From Burkholderiales bacterium (lineage in GTDB: Bacteria; Pseudomonadota; Gammaproteobacteria; Burkholderiales; SG8-39): a stretch of 64,000 nucleotides of DNA. A program made the translations under genes and the position numbers. Positions 10,598 through 21,811 of this stretch are shown here, in pieces (the stretch's first letter is position 1; each line of letters begins with the position of its first letter). The notes under the pieces were generated by a model. It made no database searches, was not told the DNA's origin, and saw only the letters and a list, made by a program, of their open reading frames with translations. Location of the stretch: NCBI GenBank assembly GCA_036526195.1, contig DATCYZ010000033.1, positions 110,153-174,152 on the forward strand, given 5' to 3'.

Positions 10598-11908
10598 ATG
10601 AATTCCCCCAAAATCGCCCTGTCCCTGCTCGCTGTGGCCGTTGGCCTCATCGGTTGCGGCAAGGAAGAACCCAAGGCGCCGAAGCCCGCCGCCGCTGTCG
10701 AAGCGCCGAAGCCCGCCGCCGCGCCGACCATGGAAGTGAAGATCGGCCACGTCGCCCCGCTCACCGGCGGCATCGCCCACCTCGGCAAGGACAACGAGAA
10801 CGGCGCCCGGCTCGCCGTCGAGCAGGCGAATGCCGCGAAGATCAAGATCGACGGCAAGGACGTGACCTTCGTCCTCGTCGCGGAAGATGACCAGGCCGAC
10901 CCGAAGGTCGGCACCACGGTCGCGCAGAAGCTCGTCGACTCGAAAGTGGCCGGCGTCGTCGGTCACCTGAACTCCGGGACGTCGATCCCGGCCTCGCCGA
11001 TCTACAACCAGGCCGGCATCCCGGTGATCTCCGGATCGGCCACGAACCCCAAGCTCACCGAGCAGGGCTTCAAGAACCAGTTTCGTGTCGTCGGTCGCGA
11101 CGACCAGCAGGGTCCGGCGATCGCGAGCTACCTCGCGACGACGAACAAGCCCAAGGTGGTGGCGGTGATCGACGATGCCACGGCCTACGGCGAAGGCATC
11201 GCCAACGAGGTCGAGAAGACCCTCAAGGCCGCCGGTGTCACCGTGCTGCCGCGCGAGAAGGGCACCGACAAGACCACCGACTGGAAGGCCGTGCTCACCA
11301 AGTTGAAGGGCAAGAAGCCCGACGCGGTGTTCTACGGCGGCATGGACGCCACCGGCGGCCCGCTCATGAAACAGGGCCGCGAGCTCGGCATCAAGGCGGT
11401 GTTCTCCTTCGGCGACGGCGCCTGCACCGACAAGATGAAGGAACTCGCGGGAGATGCGTCCGAGGGCCTGCTCTGCTCGCAGGCGGGCATTCCGGCGCAG
11501 GCCGCGTCGGGCGCATTCACCTCGGCCTACAAGGCGAAGTTCAGCGCCGACCCCATCCTCTACGCGCCGTTCACCTTTGACGCGGTGAACCTGTTGATCG
11601 AGGCGATGAAGAAGGCGAACTCCGCCGACGCGGCGAAGTACCTGCCGGAACTGCAGAAGATCGCCTTCACCGGCGCCACCGGGCCGATCAGCTTCGACGA
11701 GAAGGGCGATCGCAAGGACGCCGAGATCACCATTTTCACCATGAAGGCCGGCAAGATCGAGCCGATCGCGGTGGTGAAGGGCGGCCAGACGCTAAGCTAC
11801 GAGGACTTCCTCAAGTCGATGGCCGGCGCGGCCCCGGCGGCAGCGAAGCCCGCCGCGGACGCCGCGAAGCCCGCGGCCGAGGCGGCCAAGGACGCGAAGA
11901 AAGAGTAA
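10598..11908 (+). CDS. Branched-chain amino acid ABC transporter substrate-binding lipoprotein (LivJ/LivK family)
   Basis: Lipobox-like LIGC; KIGHVAPLTG, EDDQADP, GHLNSG, ATNP, TAYGEG; precedes livHMGF. Confidence 0.93.
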   Translation: MNSPKIALSLLAVAVGLIGCGKEEPKAPKPAAAVEAPKPAAAPTMEVKIGHVAPLTGGIAHLGKDNENGARLAVEQANAAKIKIDGKDVTFVLVAEDDQADPKVGTTVAQKLVDSKVAGVVGHLNSGTSIPASPIYNQAGIPVISGSATNPKLTEQGFKNQFRVVGRDDQQGPAIASYLATTNKPKVVAVIDDATAYGEGIANEVEKTLKAAGVTVLPREKGTDKTTDWKAVLTKLKGKKPDAVFYGGMDATGGPLMKQGRELGIKAVFSFGDGACTDKMKELAGDASEGLLCSQAGIPAQAASGAFTSAYKAKFSADPILYAPFTFDAVNLLIEAMKKANSADAAKYLPELQKIAFTGATGPISFDEKGDRKDAEITIFTMKAGKIEPIAVVKGGQTLSYEDFLKSMAGAAPAAAKPAADAAKPAAEAAKDAKKE

Positions 11909-11933
11909 GTCGCAGGTCGGCAGAGGCATCCGG

Positions 11934-11961
11934 AACGGCACCTTCGGGTGCCGTTTCGTTT
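11934..11961 (+). terminator. Stem-loop after the liv SBP gene (terminator or mRNA-stabilising hairpin)
   Basis: AACGGCACC-TTCG-GGTGCCGTT followed by TCGTTT. Confidence 0.7.
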
Positions 11962-11992
11962 CCCGCGCCGCCTTTGCTAGCCTTCGCCCTGC

Positions 11993-12979
11993 ATGGACAT
12001 TTTCCTCCAGCAGATCATCAACGGCCTGACGCTGGGGGCGGTGTATGCCGTCGTCGCGCTCGGCTACACCATGGTCTACGGCATTATTCAACTCATCAAC
12101 TTCGCGCACGGCGAAGTGGTGATGATCGGCGCCATGGTCGCGTTCACGGTGATCCAGGCGCTTGCCCCCACGGGCCTGCCGCCGCTGGCGGTGGTGCTGA
12201 TCGGCACAGTTTGCGCGACCCTGGTCTGCATCCTCGTCGGCTGGTCGGTCGAACGGCTTGCCTACCGGCCGCTGCGGCGCGCGCCGCGGCTCGCCCCGCT
12301 GATCTCGGCGATCGGCGTGTCGATCATCCTGCAGCACCTCGCGCTGATGGTCTGGAGCCGCAACGTGCTCGCCTTTCCGCAGATCATCGAGACGCGTACC
12401 TGGGTGATCGGCGGCGCGCGGATCAGCAACGTGCAGATCGCGATCCTCGTTATCTGCGTGGCGATCATGGCGGGGCTCGCCCTGCTGGTGTATCGCACGC
12501 GCCTTGGCACCGCGATGCGCGCCACCGCGCAGAATCCGCAGGTCGCCGGGCTGATGGGCGTGGACATCAACAAGGTGATCGGCGCCACCTTCGTGATCGG
12601 CGCCGGGCTTGCGGCCATCGCGGGCGTGATGGTGGGCAGCTACTACGGCATCGCGCAGTACACCATGGGCTCGATCCTCGGCATGAAGGCCTTCGCTGCT
12701 GCGGTGCTCGGCGGCATCGGCAACATCCCGGGTGCGATGCTGGGCGGGGTGCTGCTCGGGGTGGTGGAGGCGCTCGGCGCCGGCTACATCGGCGACCTCA
12801 CCGACCTGTGCCGCTGGGGCCCGGTGGGCGGCTGGATCGGCGAGCGCTGCGCCGACGGCGGGCACTTCATCCTGTTCGGGTCCAACTACCAGGACGTGTT
12901 CGCCTTCGTGGTGCTGATCCTGGTGCTGGTGCTGCGGCCCTCCGGGCTGCTTGGCGAACGCGTCGGCGACCGGGCCTGA
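11993..12979 (+). CDS. livH: Branched-chain amino acid ABC permease LivH
   Basis: QQIINGLTLGAVYAVVALGYTMVYGIIQLINFAHGE; KAFAAAVLGGIG. Confidence 0.94.
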   Translation: MDIFLQQIINGLTLGAVYAVVALGYTMVYGIIQLINFAHGEVVMIGAMVAFTVIQALAPTGLPPLAVVLIGTVCATLVCILVGWSVERLAYRPLRRAPRLAPLISAIGVSIILQHLALMVWSRNVLAFPQIIETRTWVIGGARISNVQIAILVICVAIMAGLALLVYRTRLGTAMRATAQNPQVAGLMGVDINKVIGATFVIGAGLAAIAGVMVGSYYGIAQYTMGSILGMKAFAAAVLGGIGNIPGAMLGGVLLGVVEALGAGYIGDLTDLCRWGPVGGWIGERCADGGHFILFGSNYQDVFAFVVLILVLVLRPSGLLGERVGDRA

Positions 12980-12983
12980 GGCC

Positions 12984-14060
12984 ATGCGCAGCTTCTTCGA
13001 CGCGAAGTCCAACCCGATGCTGGTGCGCTTCGGCTTGGTGCTGATCGCCGTGGCGCTCCTGTTGCTGCCGTTCGCGCTGACGCAGGTCGGGACCACCTGG
13101 GTGCGCATCACGAACTTCGCGATCCTGTACATCCTGCTTGCGCTGGGCCTGAACATCGTCGTCGGCTTCGCCGGCCTGCTCGACCTCGGCTACGTCGCGT
13201 TCTACGCCGTCGGCGCGTACGTGTACGCGATCCTCGCCAGCCCGCACTTCGGCCTGCACCTGCCGTTCTGGGCGATCCTGCCGATCGGGGCCGCGATCGC
13301 CGGCCTGTTCGGCGTGCTGCTGGGCGCACCGACGCTGAAGTTGCGCGGGGACTATCTTGCGATCGTCACGCTGGGCTTCGGCGAGATCATCCGCATCTTC
13401 CTCAACAACCTGTCGCGGCCGGTCAACCTGACCAACGGCCCGCAGGGCATCTCGCGCATCGACTCCTTCAAGTTCGGCGAGTTCGATTTCGGCACCGAGG
13501 AGCGCATCCTCGGCCTCGATTTCAGCGGGCCGATGAAGTACTACTACCTGCTGCTTCTCGTGCTGGTGGGCGTGCTGGTGATCAACGTGCGGCTGCAGAA
13601 CTCGCGCATCGGTCGGGCCTGGGAGGCCATCCGCGAGGACGAGACCGCGGCCCGCGCCATGGGCATCAACACCACCGGCCTGAAGCTGCTCGCGTTCGCC
13701 ATGGGCGCGACCTTCGGCGGCGTCGCCGGCGGCATGTTCTCGGCGATACAGAGTTTCATCTCGCCCGAGAGCTTCGTGCTGGTCGAATCGATCATGATCG
13801 TCTCGATGGTGGTGCTCGGCGGCATGGGCAACATCTGGGGCGTGGTGCTGGGGGCGGTGCTGCTTTCGTTCGTACCCGAGGTGCTGCGCTGGACGGTGGG
13901 CCCGGCGCAGCAGGCGATCTTCGGGCGCACCTGGGTCGAGCCCGAGGTGATCCGCATGCTGCTGTTTGGCCTCGCGCTGGTGCTGGTGATGCTGTTCCGT
14001 CCGGCGGGGCTGCTGCCCTCGGCGGTGCGCAAGCGCGAACTCGCCGAGCGTTCCGAATGA
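12984..14060 (+). CDS. livM: Branched-chain amino acid ABC permease LivM
   Basis: ALGLNIVVGFAGLLDLGYVAFY, LRGDYLAIVTLGFGEI, GRAWEAIREDE. Confidence 0.94.
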   Translation: MRSFFDAKSNPMLVRFGLVLIAVALLLLPFALTQVGTTWVRITNFAILYILLALGLNIVVGFAGLLDLGYVAFYAVGAYVYAILASPHFGLHLPFWAILPIGAAIAGLFGVLLGAPTLKLRGDYLAIVTLGFGEIIRIFLNNLSRPVNLTNGPQGISRIDSFKFGEFDFGTEERILGLDFSGPMKYYYLLLLVLVGVLVINVRLQNSRIGRAWEAIREDETAARAMGINTTGLKLLAFAMGATFGGVAGGMFSAIQSFISPESFVLVESIMIVSMVVLGGMGNIWGVVLGAVLLSFVPEVLRWTVGPAQQAIFGRTWVEPEVIRMLLFGLALVLVMLFRPAGLLPSAVRKRELAERSE

Positions 14061-14844
14061 GCGCGGCGCCCGAGGCGGTCCCCGCGCGCGCCCTGCTCGA
14101 GGCGGACGCCGTGGGCAAGCGCTTCGGCGGGGTGCAGGCGCTTGCCAGGGTGTCGTTCTCGATCCGCCCTGGCGAGGTCTACGGCCTGATCGGGCCGAAC
14201 GGCGCCGGCAAGACGACCCTGTTCAACGTGCTGACCGGCATCTACGCGGCCGACGAGGGCGGCTTCACCTTCGACGGCACGCCGCTGGCTGGCCTCGCGC
14301 CGCACCAGGTGGCGGCGCGCGGCATCGCGCGCACCTTCCAGAACATCCGGCTGTTTGCGAACCTTTCCGCGCTCGAGAACGTGATGATCGGCCGGCACGT
14401 GCGCACGCGCGCCGGGGTGTTCGGCGCGATCCTGCGCGATCCGGGCACGCGCGCCGAGGAAGCCGCGATCGAATCGCGCGCCGCGGACCTGCTGCACCGC
14501 GTGGGGATCCACGATCGCGCGAACGACCCGGCCGGCAGCCTGCCCTACGGCGACCAGCGGCGCCTGGAGATCGCGCGCGCGCTGGCCACCGAGCCGAAGC
14601 TGCTCGCGCTCGACGAGCCGGCGGCGGGCATGAACCCGACCGAGCGCCGCGAACTTGGCCGCCTGATCGATTCGATCCGGGCCTCGGGCATCACCATCCT
14701 GCTGATCGAGCACGACGTGCGACTGGTGATGGACGTCTGCGACCGCGTGCTGGTGCTCGATTACGGCGAGCGCATCGCCGAGGGCGCGCCGGCCGAGGTG
14801 CAGCGCGACCCGAAGGTGATCGAGGCGTACCTGGGGACGCCGGC

Positions 14845-14848
<4 letters not shown>
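14057..14848 (+). CDS. livG: ABC ATP-binding protein LivG
   Basis: GPNGAGKTT, ARTFQNIRLF, LPYGDQRRLEIARAL, LDEPAAG, IEHD. Confidence 0.94.
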
Positions 14849-15567
<719 letters not shown>

Positions 15568-15642
15568 GGGGGCGCCGGGCGCCGCGCGGGGCCCTACAGC
15601 AACATATATGTTACCAAAACGCCGATGCCGGCGCCGGCGCGC

Positions 15643-16668
15643 TCAGCTGGCCGCGAGATCGGCCTGGGTGGTGAAGCTGTCGGCGAAGAACGCATCCTCC
15701 GGCAGCCCGCATTGCGCGACGAAGTCGCGCTTCGCGCTGTCCACCATCACCGGCACGCCGCAGGCATAGACCTGGTGCCCGGAAAGGTCCGGGAAATCCT
15801 CCATCACCGCGCGATGCACGAAGCCGGTCCGTCCGCTCCAGCCGTCCTCGGGCAGCGCCTCGGAGACCACGGGGACGTACCCGAAGTTCGGGTGCGCGGC
15901 CACCCAGGATTCCGCCAGCGCATTCATGTACAGGTCCTTCGGACGGCGCCCGCCCCAATAGAGGGTCATCGGCCGGGTGATCCCCTTGTTGAAGGCGTGC
16001 TCGAGGATTGCCTTGATCGGCGCAAACCCGGTGCCCGAGGCGACGAAGACGATCGGCAAGTCCGATTCCTCGTGCAGGAAGAAGGTGCCGAAGGGGCCTT
16101 CGAAGCGCAGGATGTCGCGCTCCTTCATCTTGCCGAACACATGGTCGGTGAACTGCCCGCCGGCCACGTGGCGCACGTGCAGCTCGACGAACTCGGCGTC
16201 GTGCGGGGCGTTCGCCATGGAGAAGCTGCGGCGCGAGCCGTCCTTCAGCAGGAACTCGATGTACTGGCCGGCGAGGAACATGAGCCGTTCGTTCGCCGGC
16301 AGCTTGAGTTGCAGCCGCATCGAATCCTCCGTCAGGCGCTCGAGCGACTGCACCCGGCAGGGCAGCTTCTTGATCGGGATGTCCTTGGCGCTGCCGACGG
16401 TGCGCGCTTCCAGCGCCAGGTCCGAAAGCGGCTTCGCCTGGCAGAACAGCGCCTTGCCCTCGGCCTTCTCCGCGTCGGTCAGCGCCTTCGCCTGGTAGGT
16501 GCCGTAGTCGACGCTGCCGGCGATCACCCTGCCCTTGCAGCTGCCGCAGGCGCCGTTCTTGCAGCCGTAAGGCAGCACGAAACCCTGACGCAGGGCCGCG
16601 GTCAGGATCGACTCGCCCTCTTCGACGATGAACTGGTGGCCGCTCGGTTGCAGGGTGACGGTATGCAT
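15643..16668 (-). CDS. 2Fe-2S ferredoxin-NAD(P)H reductase (AscD / CDP-6-deoxy-delta-3,4-glucoseen reductase-like)
   Basis: CKNGACGSC...LFCQ 2Fe-2S motif, RSFSMAN FAD motif, SGTGFAP, YACG. Confidence 0.9.
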   Translation of the reverse strand: MHTVTLQPSGHQFIVEEGESILTAALRQGFVLPYGCKNGACGSCKGRVIAGSVDYGTYQAKALTDAEKAEGKALFCQAKPLSDLALEARTVGSAKDIPIKKLPCRVQSLERLTEDSMRLQLKLPANERLMFLAGQYIEFLLKDGSRRSFSMANAPHDAEFVELHVRHVAGGQFTDHVFGKMKERDILRFEGPFGTFFLHEESDLPIVFVASGTGFAPIKAILEHAFNKGITRPMTLYWGGRRPKDLYMNALAESWVAAHPNFGYVPVVSEALPEDGWSGRTGFVHRAVMEDFPDLSGHQVYACGVPVMVDSAKRDFVAQCGLPEDAFFADSFTTQADLAAS

Positions 16669-16679
16669 AGAATGTCCGG

Positions 16680-17504
16680 ATGAAACGCTTGTTGATCGTG
16701 GGCTACGGCGACATCGCCGGCCGCGCCGCGGCGCGCCTGCCTGCAGCGGTGGAAACCCGCCTGCTGTCACGCCGCCTCGGCGCCGACCTCGATCGGCCCG
16801 AAACCCTCGGCCGGGCCGGCGGTTGGGCCGACACGGTGCTGCATTGCGCCCCGCCCCCGCCCTCGGGCGCGGCCGACCCGCGCACCGCGAACCTGCTCGC
16901 GGCGCTAGACGCCGGCGGCATTCTACCAACGCGCCTCGTTTACCTCAGCACCAGCGGCGTCTACGGCGATTGCGGCGGCGCCGAGGTCGATGAGGCGCGC
17001 CCGACGAATCCGCAGACGCCGCGCGCGATGCGGCGCGTCGATGCGGAACGACAGCTCGCGGACTGGTGCGCGGCGCACCGCGTCGCGCTCGTCGTCCTGC
17101 GGGTGCCCGGCATCTACGCCGCGGACCGGCTGCCGCTCGAGCGCCTGCGCGCCGGCACGCCGACGCTCGCGGCGGCGGACGATGTCTGGACCAACCATAT
17201 CCATGCCGACGACCTTGCCGGCATCGTCCTGCGCGCGCTCGAACCGGAGGCCGCGCCGGGGACCTACAACGCGAGCGACGACTCCCGCATGAAGATGGGC
17301 GAATGGTTCGACCTCGTCGCGGCGCGCGCGGGGCTGCCGCCGCCGCCGCGCATCGCCCGCCGCGAGGCCGAGGGTAGAATTCCCGCTGCCATGCTGTCGT
17401 TCATGAACGAGTCGCGCCGGCTGGACAATCGCCGGATGAAATCCCGGCTTGGCGTGACGCTGCGCTATCCCACCGTCCACGACGGCGTGCCGGAGCGGTC
17501 ATGA
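16680..17504 (+). CDS. NAD-dependent epimerase/dehydratase (atypical SDR, YeeZ-like)
   Basis: LLIVGYGDIA, VYLSTSGVYGD, LRVPGIY, NHIHADDLA. Confidence 0.88.
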   Translation: MKRLLIVGYGDIAGRAAARLPAAVETRLLSRRLGADLDRPETLGRAGGWADTVLHCAPPPPSGAADPRTANLLAALDAGGILPTRLVYLSTSGVYGDCGGAEVDEARPTNPQTPRAMRRVDAERQLADWCAAHRVALVVLRVPGIYAADRLPLERLRAGTPTLAAADDVWTNHIHADDLAGIVLRALEPEAAPGTYNASDDSRMKMGEWFDLVAARAGLPPPPRIARREAEGRIPAAMLSFMNESRRLDNRRMKSRLGVTLRYPTVHDGVPERS

Positions 17505-17818
17505 GCGTGGTTCTCGTTCGCACCAACCTGCCCGACGCGGCCTCGGCCGCGGAGCTTGCCGAGTCCCTCGTCGGGCAGCGCCTCGCGGCCTGCGTCAACG
17601 TGCTGGCACCCTGCCGATCGGTGTATCGCTGGAAGGGCGCGCTGCACCGCGAGGAGGAGGTGCCGCTGCTCATCAAGACGACCGCATCGCGCTACGCCGC
17701 GCTGGAAGCCGCGATCCGCGCCGGGCATCCCTACGAACTTCCGGAGATCGTCGCGGTCCCAGTCGAACACGGACTTGCCGCCTACCTCGACTGGGTGGAA
17801 GCCGAAACGGCCCCCTGA
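17501..17818 (+). CDS. cutA: Divalent-cation tolerance protein CutA
   Basis: LAACVN, SVYRWKG, LIKT, HPYELPEI; adjacent to dsbD. Confidence 0.95.
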   Translation: MSVVLVRTNLPDAASAAELAESLVGQRLAACVNVLAPCRSVYRWKGALHREEEVPLLIKTTASRYAALEAAIRAGHPYELPEIVAVPVEHGLAAYLDWVEAETAP

Positions 17819-17829
17819 GACGCGCGCCC

Positions 17830-19707
17830 ATGATCCGGTTCCTGCACGCATTCCTCGTCGCCTGCGGCCTCGCCCTTGCTGCCGCGCCGGCGAGCGCCCA
17901 GCTGGGCAAGCTGTTCGGCGCGTCCGACGAACTGCTCGCGCCGGAGAAGGCCTTTGCGTTCTCTGCGCGCGTGGCCGAGGCCAACGCGCTCGAGGTGCGC
18001 TTCGAGATCGCGGATGCGTACTACATGTACCGCGACAAGTTCAGCTTCGCGCTCTCGGGCGCCGAGGGCGTGAAGCTCGGTGCCGTGCAATTGCCCGCAG
18101 GCATCCGCAAGAAGGACGAGTTCTTCGGCGAGGTCGAGACCTACCGCAAGTCGGTGACCATCCGCCTGCCGCTCGAGCGCAGCAGCCCTGCGGGCGGCCC
18201 GGTCACGCTGAACGTGGTCTCGCAGGGCTGCGCCGACGTCGGCGTGTGCTACATCCCGATGGATTCGAGCGCCACGCTGCAGCTCGCCGCGCTCACCGCG
18301 GGCGCGACCGGCCCGGCGACGGCGACCGCCGCCGCAGGCGTGCCGGCCGCGGCCCCGCAACTCACCGAGGCGCCGCGCGCGGTGGAGGTGGCGCCGAAGT
18401 TCTCCATCTTCGCCACCGACCTCGAGATCGTGCGCCTGTTCGAGGGGAACCTGTTCATCGTGCTGGCGAGCTTCTTCGCCTTCGGCATCCTGCTCGCGTT
18501 CACGCCCTGCGTCCTGCCGATGGTGCCGATCCTCTCGGGCATCATCGCCGGCGAAGGCAAGGGCCTGAACAAGATGCGCGCCCTGGTGCTGTCGCTCGCC
18601 TACGTGCTCGGCATGGCGGTGGCCTACGCCGCCGCCGGGGTGGCGGCGGCGTACTCCGGCACCATGCTTGCCGCGGCCCTGCAGAATCCCTGGGTGCTCG
18701 GCGTCTTCGCGCTGGTGTTCGTCGTGCTGGCCTTTTCCATGTTCGGCTTCTACGACCTGCAGCTGCCCGGGTTCCTGCACCATCGTCTCGCCACGGCGCA
18801 CCAGAAACTGCGCGGCGGGCGCATCGCCTCGGTGGCCGCCATGGGCGTGTTCTCGGCGGTCATCGTCAGCCCCTGCGTCGCCGCGCCGCTGGCCGGCGCG
18901 CTGCTCTACATCTCGCAGACGCGCGATGTCGCGCTCGGGGGCGCAGCGCTCTTCGCCATGGCGCTCGGCATGGGCGTGCCGCTGGTGGCGGTGGGCGTGT
19001 CCGAGGGCGCGCTGCTGCCGAAATCGGGCGCCTGGATGAACGGCGTGAAGAAGTTCTTCGGCGTGCTGCTGCTTGCGGTGGCGATCTGGATCGTCTCGCC
19101 GGTGCTGCCGGCGGCGGTCCACCTGCTTGCCTGGGCGGCGCTGCTGGTCGGTTCGGGCGTGTTCCTGCGCGCCATCGACCCGCTGCCGGAATCCGCCGGC
19201 GGCTGGACGCGGCTGTGGAAGGGCGTCGGGCTGCTCGCGCTGGTGACCGGCGTGGCGATGCTGATCGGCGTGCTCTCGGGGGCGCGCGACCCGCTCAAGC
19301 CGCTCGCCGGGCTGGTCGGTGCCGGGGCCGGCACCGCGGTGGCGGGGCACGTCCCCTGGCAGCGGGTCGGCTCGCTCACCGATCTCGATGCGCGCCTCGC
19401 GGCCCCGGGCAAGCCGGTGATGCTGGACTTCTATGCCGACTGGTGCGTCTCCTGCAAGGAAATGGAAAATTTCACTTTCAGCGATCCGCGCGTGCGCGCG
19501 AAGATGGACGGCATGCTGCTGCTGCAGGCCGATGTCACCGCCAACAGCGAGCAGGACAAGCTCCTGCTCAAGCGCTTTGCGCTCTTCGGCCCGCCGGGCA
19601 TCATCTTCTTCGACCCGCAGGGCCGCGAGATCAAGGGGCTGCGCGTGATCGGCTACCAGGACGCCGACCGGTTCCTGAAGTCGCTGGCACTCGCCACCGC
19701 GCCATGA
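17830..19707 (+). CDS. dsbD: Protein-disulfide reductase DsbD
   Basis: QGCADVGVCY, FTPCVLPM, SPCVAAP, DFYADWCVSCKEME. Confidence 0.96.
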   Translation: MIRFLHAFLVACGLALAAAPASAQLGKLFGASDELLAPEKAFAFSARVAEANALEVRFEIADAYYMYRDKFSFALSGAEGVKLGAVQLPAGIRKKDEFFGEVETYRKSVTIRLPLERSSPAGGPVTLNVVSQGCADVGVCYIPMDSSATLQLAALTAGATGPATATAAAGVPAAAPQLTEAPRAVEVAPKFSIFATDLEIVRLFEGNLFIVLASFFAFGILLAFTPCVLPMVPILSGIIAGEGKGLNKMRALVLSLAYVLGMAVAYAAAGVAAAYSGTMLAAALQNPWVLGVFALVFVVLAFSMFGFYDLQLPGFLHHRLATAHQKLRGGRIASVAAMGVFSAVIVSPCVAAPLAGALLYISQTRDVALGGAALFAMALGMGVPLVAVGVSEGALLPKSGAWMNGVKKFFGVLLLAVAIWIVSPVLPAAVHLLAWAALLVGSGVFLRAIDPLPESAGGWTRLWKGVGLLALVTGVAMLIGVLSGARDPLKPLAGLVGAGAGTAVAGHVPWQRVGSLTDLDARLAAPGKPVMLDFYADWCVSCKEMENFTFSDPRVRAKMDGMLLLQADVTANSEQDKLLLKRFALFGPPGIIFFDPQGREIKGLRVIGYQDADRFLKSLALATAP

Positions 19708-20543
19708 CGACGCAGCACATTTCCGGGATCGATCACGTCGTGGTCGCGGTGCACGACCTGGACCGCGCGCGCGATGCCTGGCAGCGCATGGGCTTCACCG
19801 TCACGCCGCGGGGCTTTCATTCGCTCGGCTCGCAGAACCACTGCATCATGTTCGGCCGCGATTACGTCGAGCTGCTCTCGCTGCCGCGCGCGCACCCGGC
19901 AATGCAGTACTACGCGGACTTCCTCGCCCGCGGCGACGGCCTCGCCGCCGTCGCGCTTGCCACCGACGACGCCCACGCGGCGCAGGTCGAGCTGGTGGCC
20001 GCGGGCGTCGCGGCCGAGCCGGCGCTCGATTTTTCCCGGCCGGTGGCGCTGCCGGGCGGCACCAGCAATGCGCGCTTTCGCATCGTGCAGCTGCCGCCCG
20101 AACAGACCCCGGGTTGCCGCACCTTCCTGTGCGAGCACTTCACGCGCGAACTCGTCTGGCGCAGCGAGTACCAGCGCCATGCGCTGGGCGCCACGGGTCT
20201 TGCCGCCGTGGCGGTGGTGGTCGACGATCCGGTGACCGGGGCGGCCGCGTGGTCCAGGGTCTTCGGCGTGACGCCGCAGACGATCGAGGAAGGCCTGCGC
20301 GTGGACACCGGCAGCGCGCCGATCGCGGTCACCGCGCGCTGGAAACTGGGCCGGCGCCTGTTCGGCGTGGAACTGCCGCTGCGCCCGCGCCCGCTGGCGG
20401 CGGCGCTGTTCATCCACGTCGCCGACCGCGAGGCGGCGGCGAAGCGCCTGCATCAGGGCGGTTATGCGCCGATCGAACTGCCGGACGGGTCCTTCGGCCT
20501 GAGCGCCGCGGCGGCGGGCGGGGTCAGCCTCGTCTTCGGCTGA
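19704..20543 (+). CDS. VOC / glyoxalase-like domain protein
   Basis: IDHVVVAVHDLD..MGFTVTPRGFH..GSQNHCIMFGRDYVELL; ATGA-coupled to dsbD. Confidence 0.85.
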   Translation: MTTQHISGIDHVVVAVHDLDRARDAWQRMGFTVTPRGFHSLGSQNHCIMFGRDYVELLSLPRAHPAMQYYADFLARGDGLAAVALATDDAHAAQVELVAAGVAAEPALDFSRPVALPGGTSNARFRIVQLPPEQTPGCRTFLCEHFTRELVWRSEYQRHALGATGLAAVAVVVDDPVTGAAAWSRVFGVTPQTIEEGLRVDTGSAPIAVTARWKLGRRLFGVELPLRPRPLAAALFIHVADREAAAKRLHQGGYAPIELPDGSFGLSAAAAGGVSLVFG

Positions 20544-20567
20544 GCGCCGCGCGGGTGCGCGCCGGCC

Positions 20568-21671
<1,104 letters not shown>

Positions 21672-21676
21672 CCTTC

Positions 21677-21782
21677 AGACGATGCAAGTCGTCTCCCGCT
21701 TCTCCTCCCTGAGCGGGTGCCTTGCAGCAGCAAGGCGTTTTCGCCCCCGGACCAAATCTCCTTTGACCGGGGGTTTTTATTT
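21677..21782 (+). ncRNA. Candidate small regulatory RNA with anti-SD loops (resembles betaproteobacterial CUCCUCC-type sRNAs)
   Basis: Four consecutive hairpins: AGACGA/TCGTCT; CCCGCT/AGCGGG with loop TCTCCTCCCTG; GCCTTGC/GCAAGGC; CCCCCGG/CCGGGGG with loop containing TCTCCT, then TTTTTATTT; opposite strand to both flanking genes. Confidence 0.65.
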
Positions 21783-21811
21783 GTCCCCGGTCCGCCGGGA
21801 GTCCGGTCCGC

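Noticed and set aside
15590..15620. dif (XerC/D) site
   Set aside because: Only a partial TATGTTA resemblance; no proper XerC arm or 28-bp layout
17556..20543. Apparent very long proteins in the ORF track (17556-20543, 207-2159, 1223-3178, 34938-37574, 50766-53396, 21812-23398)
   Set aside because: N-terminal extensions run through neighbouring genes; real starts are internal, so these are not fusions
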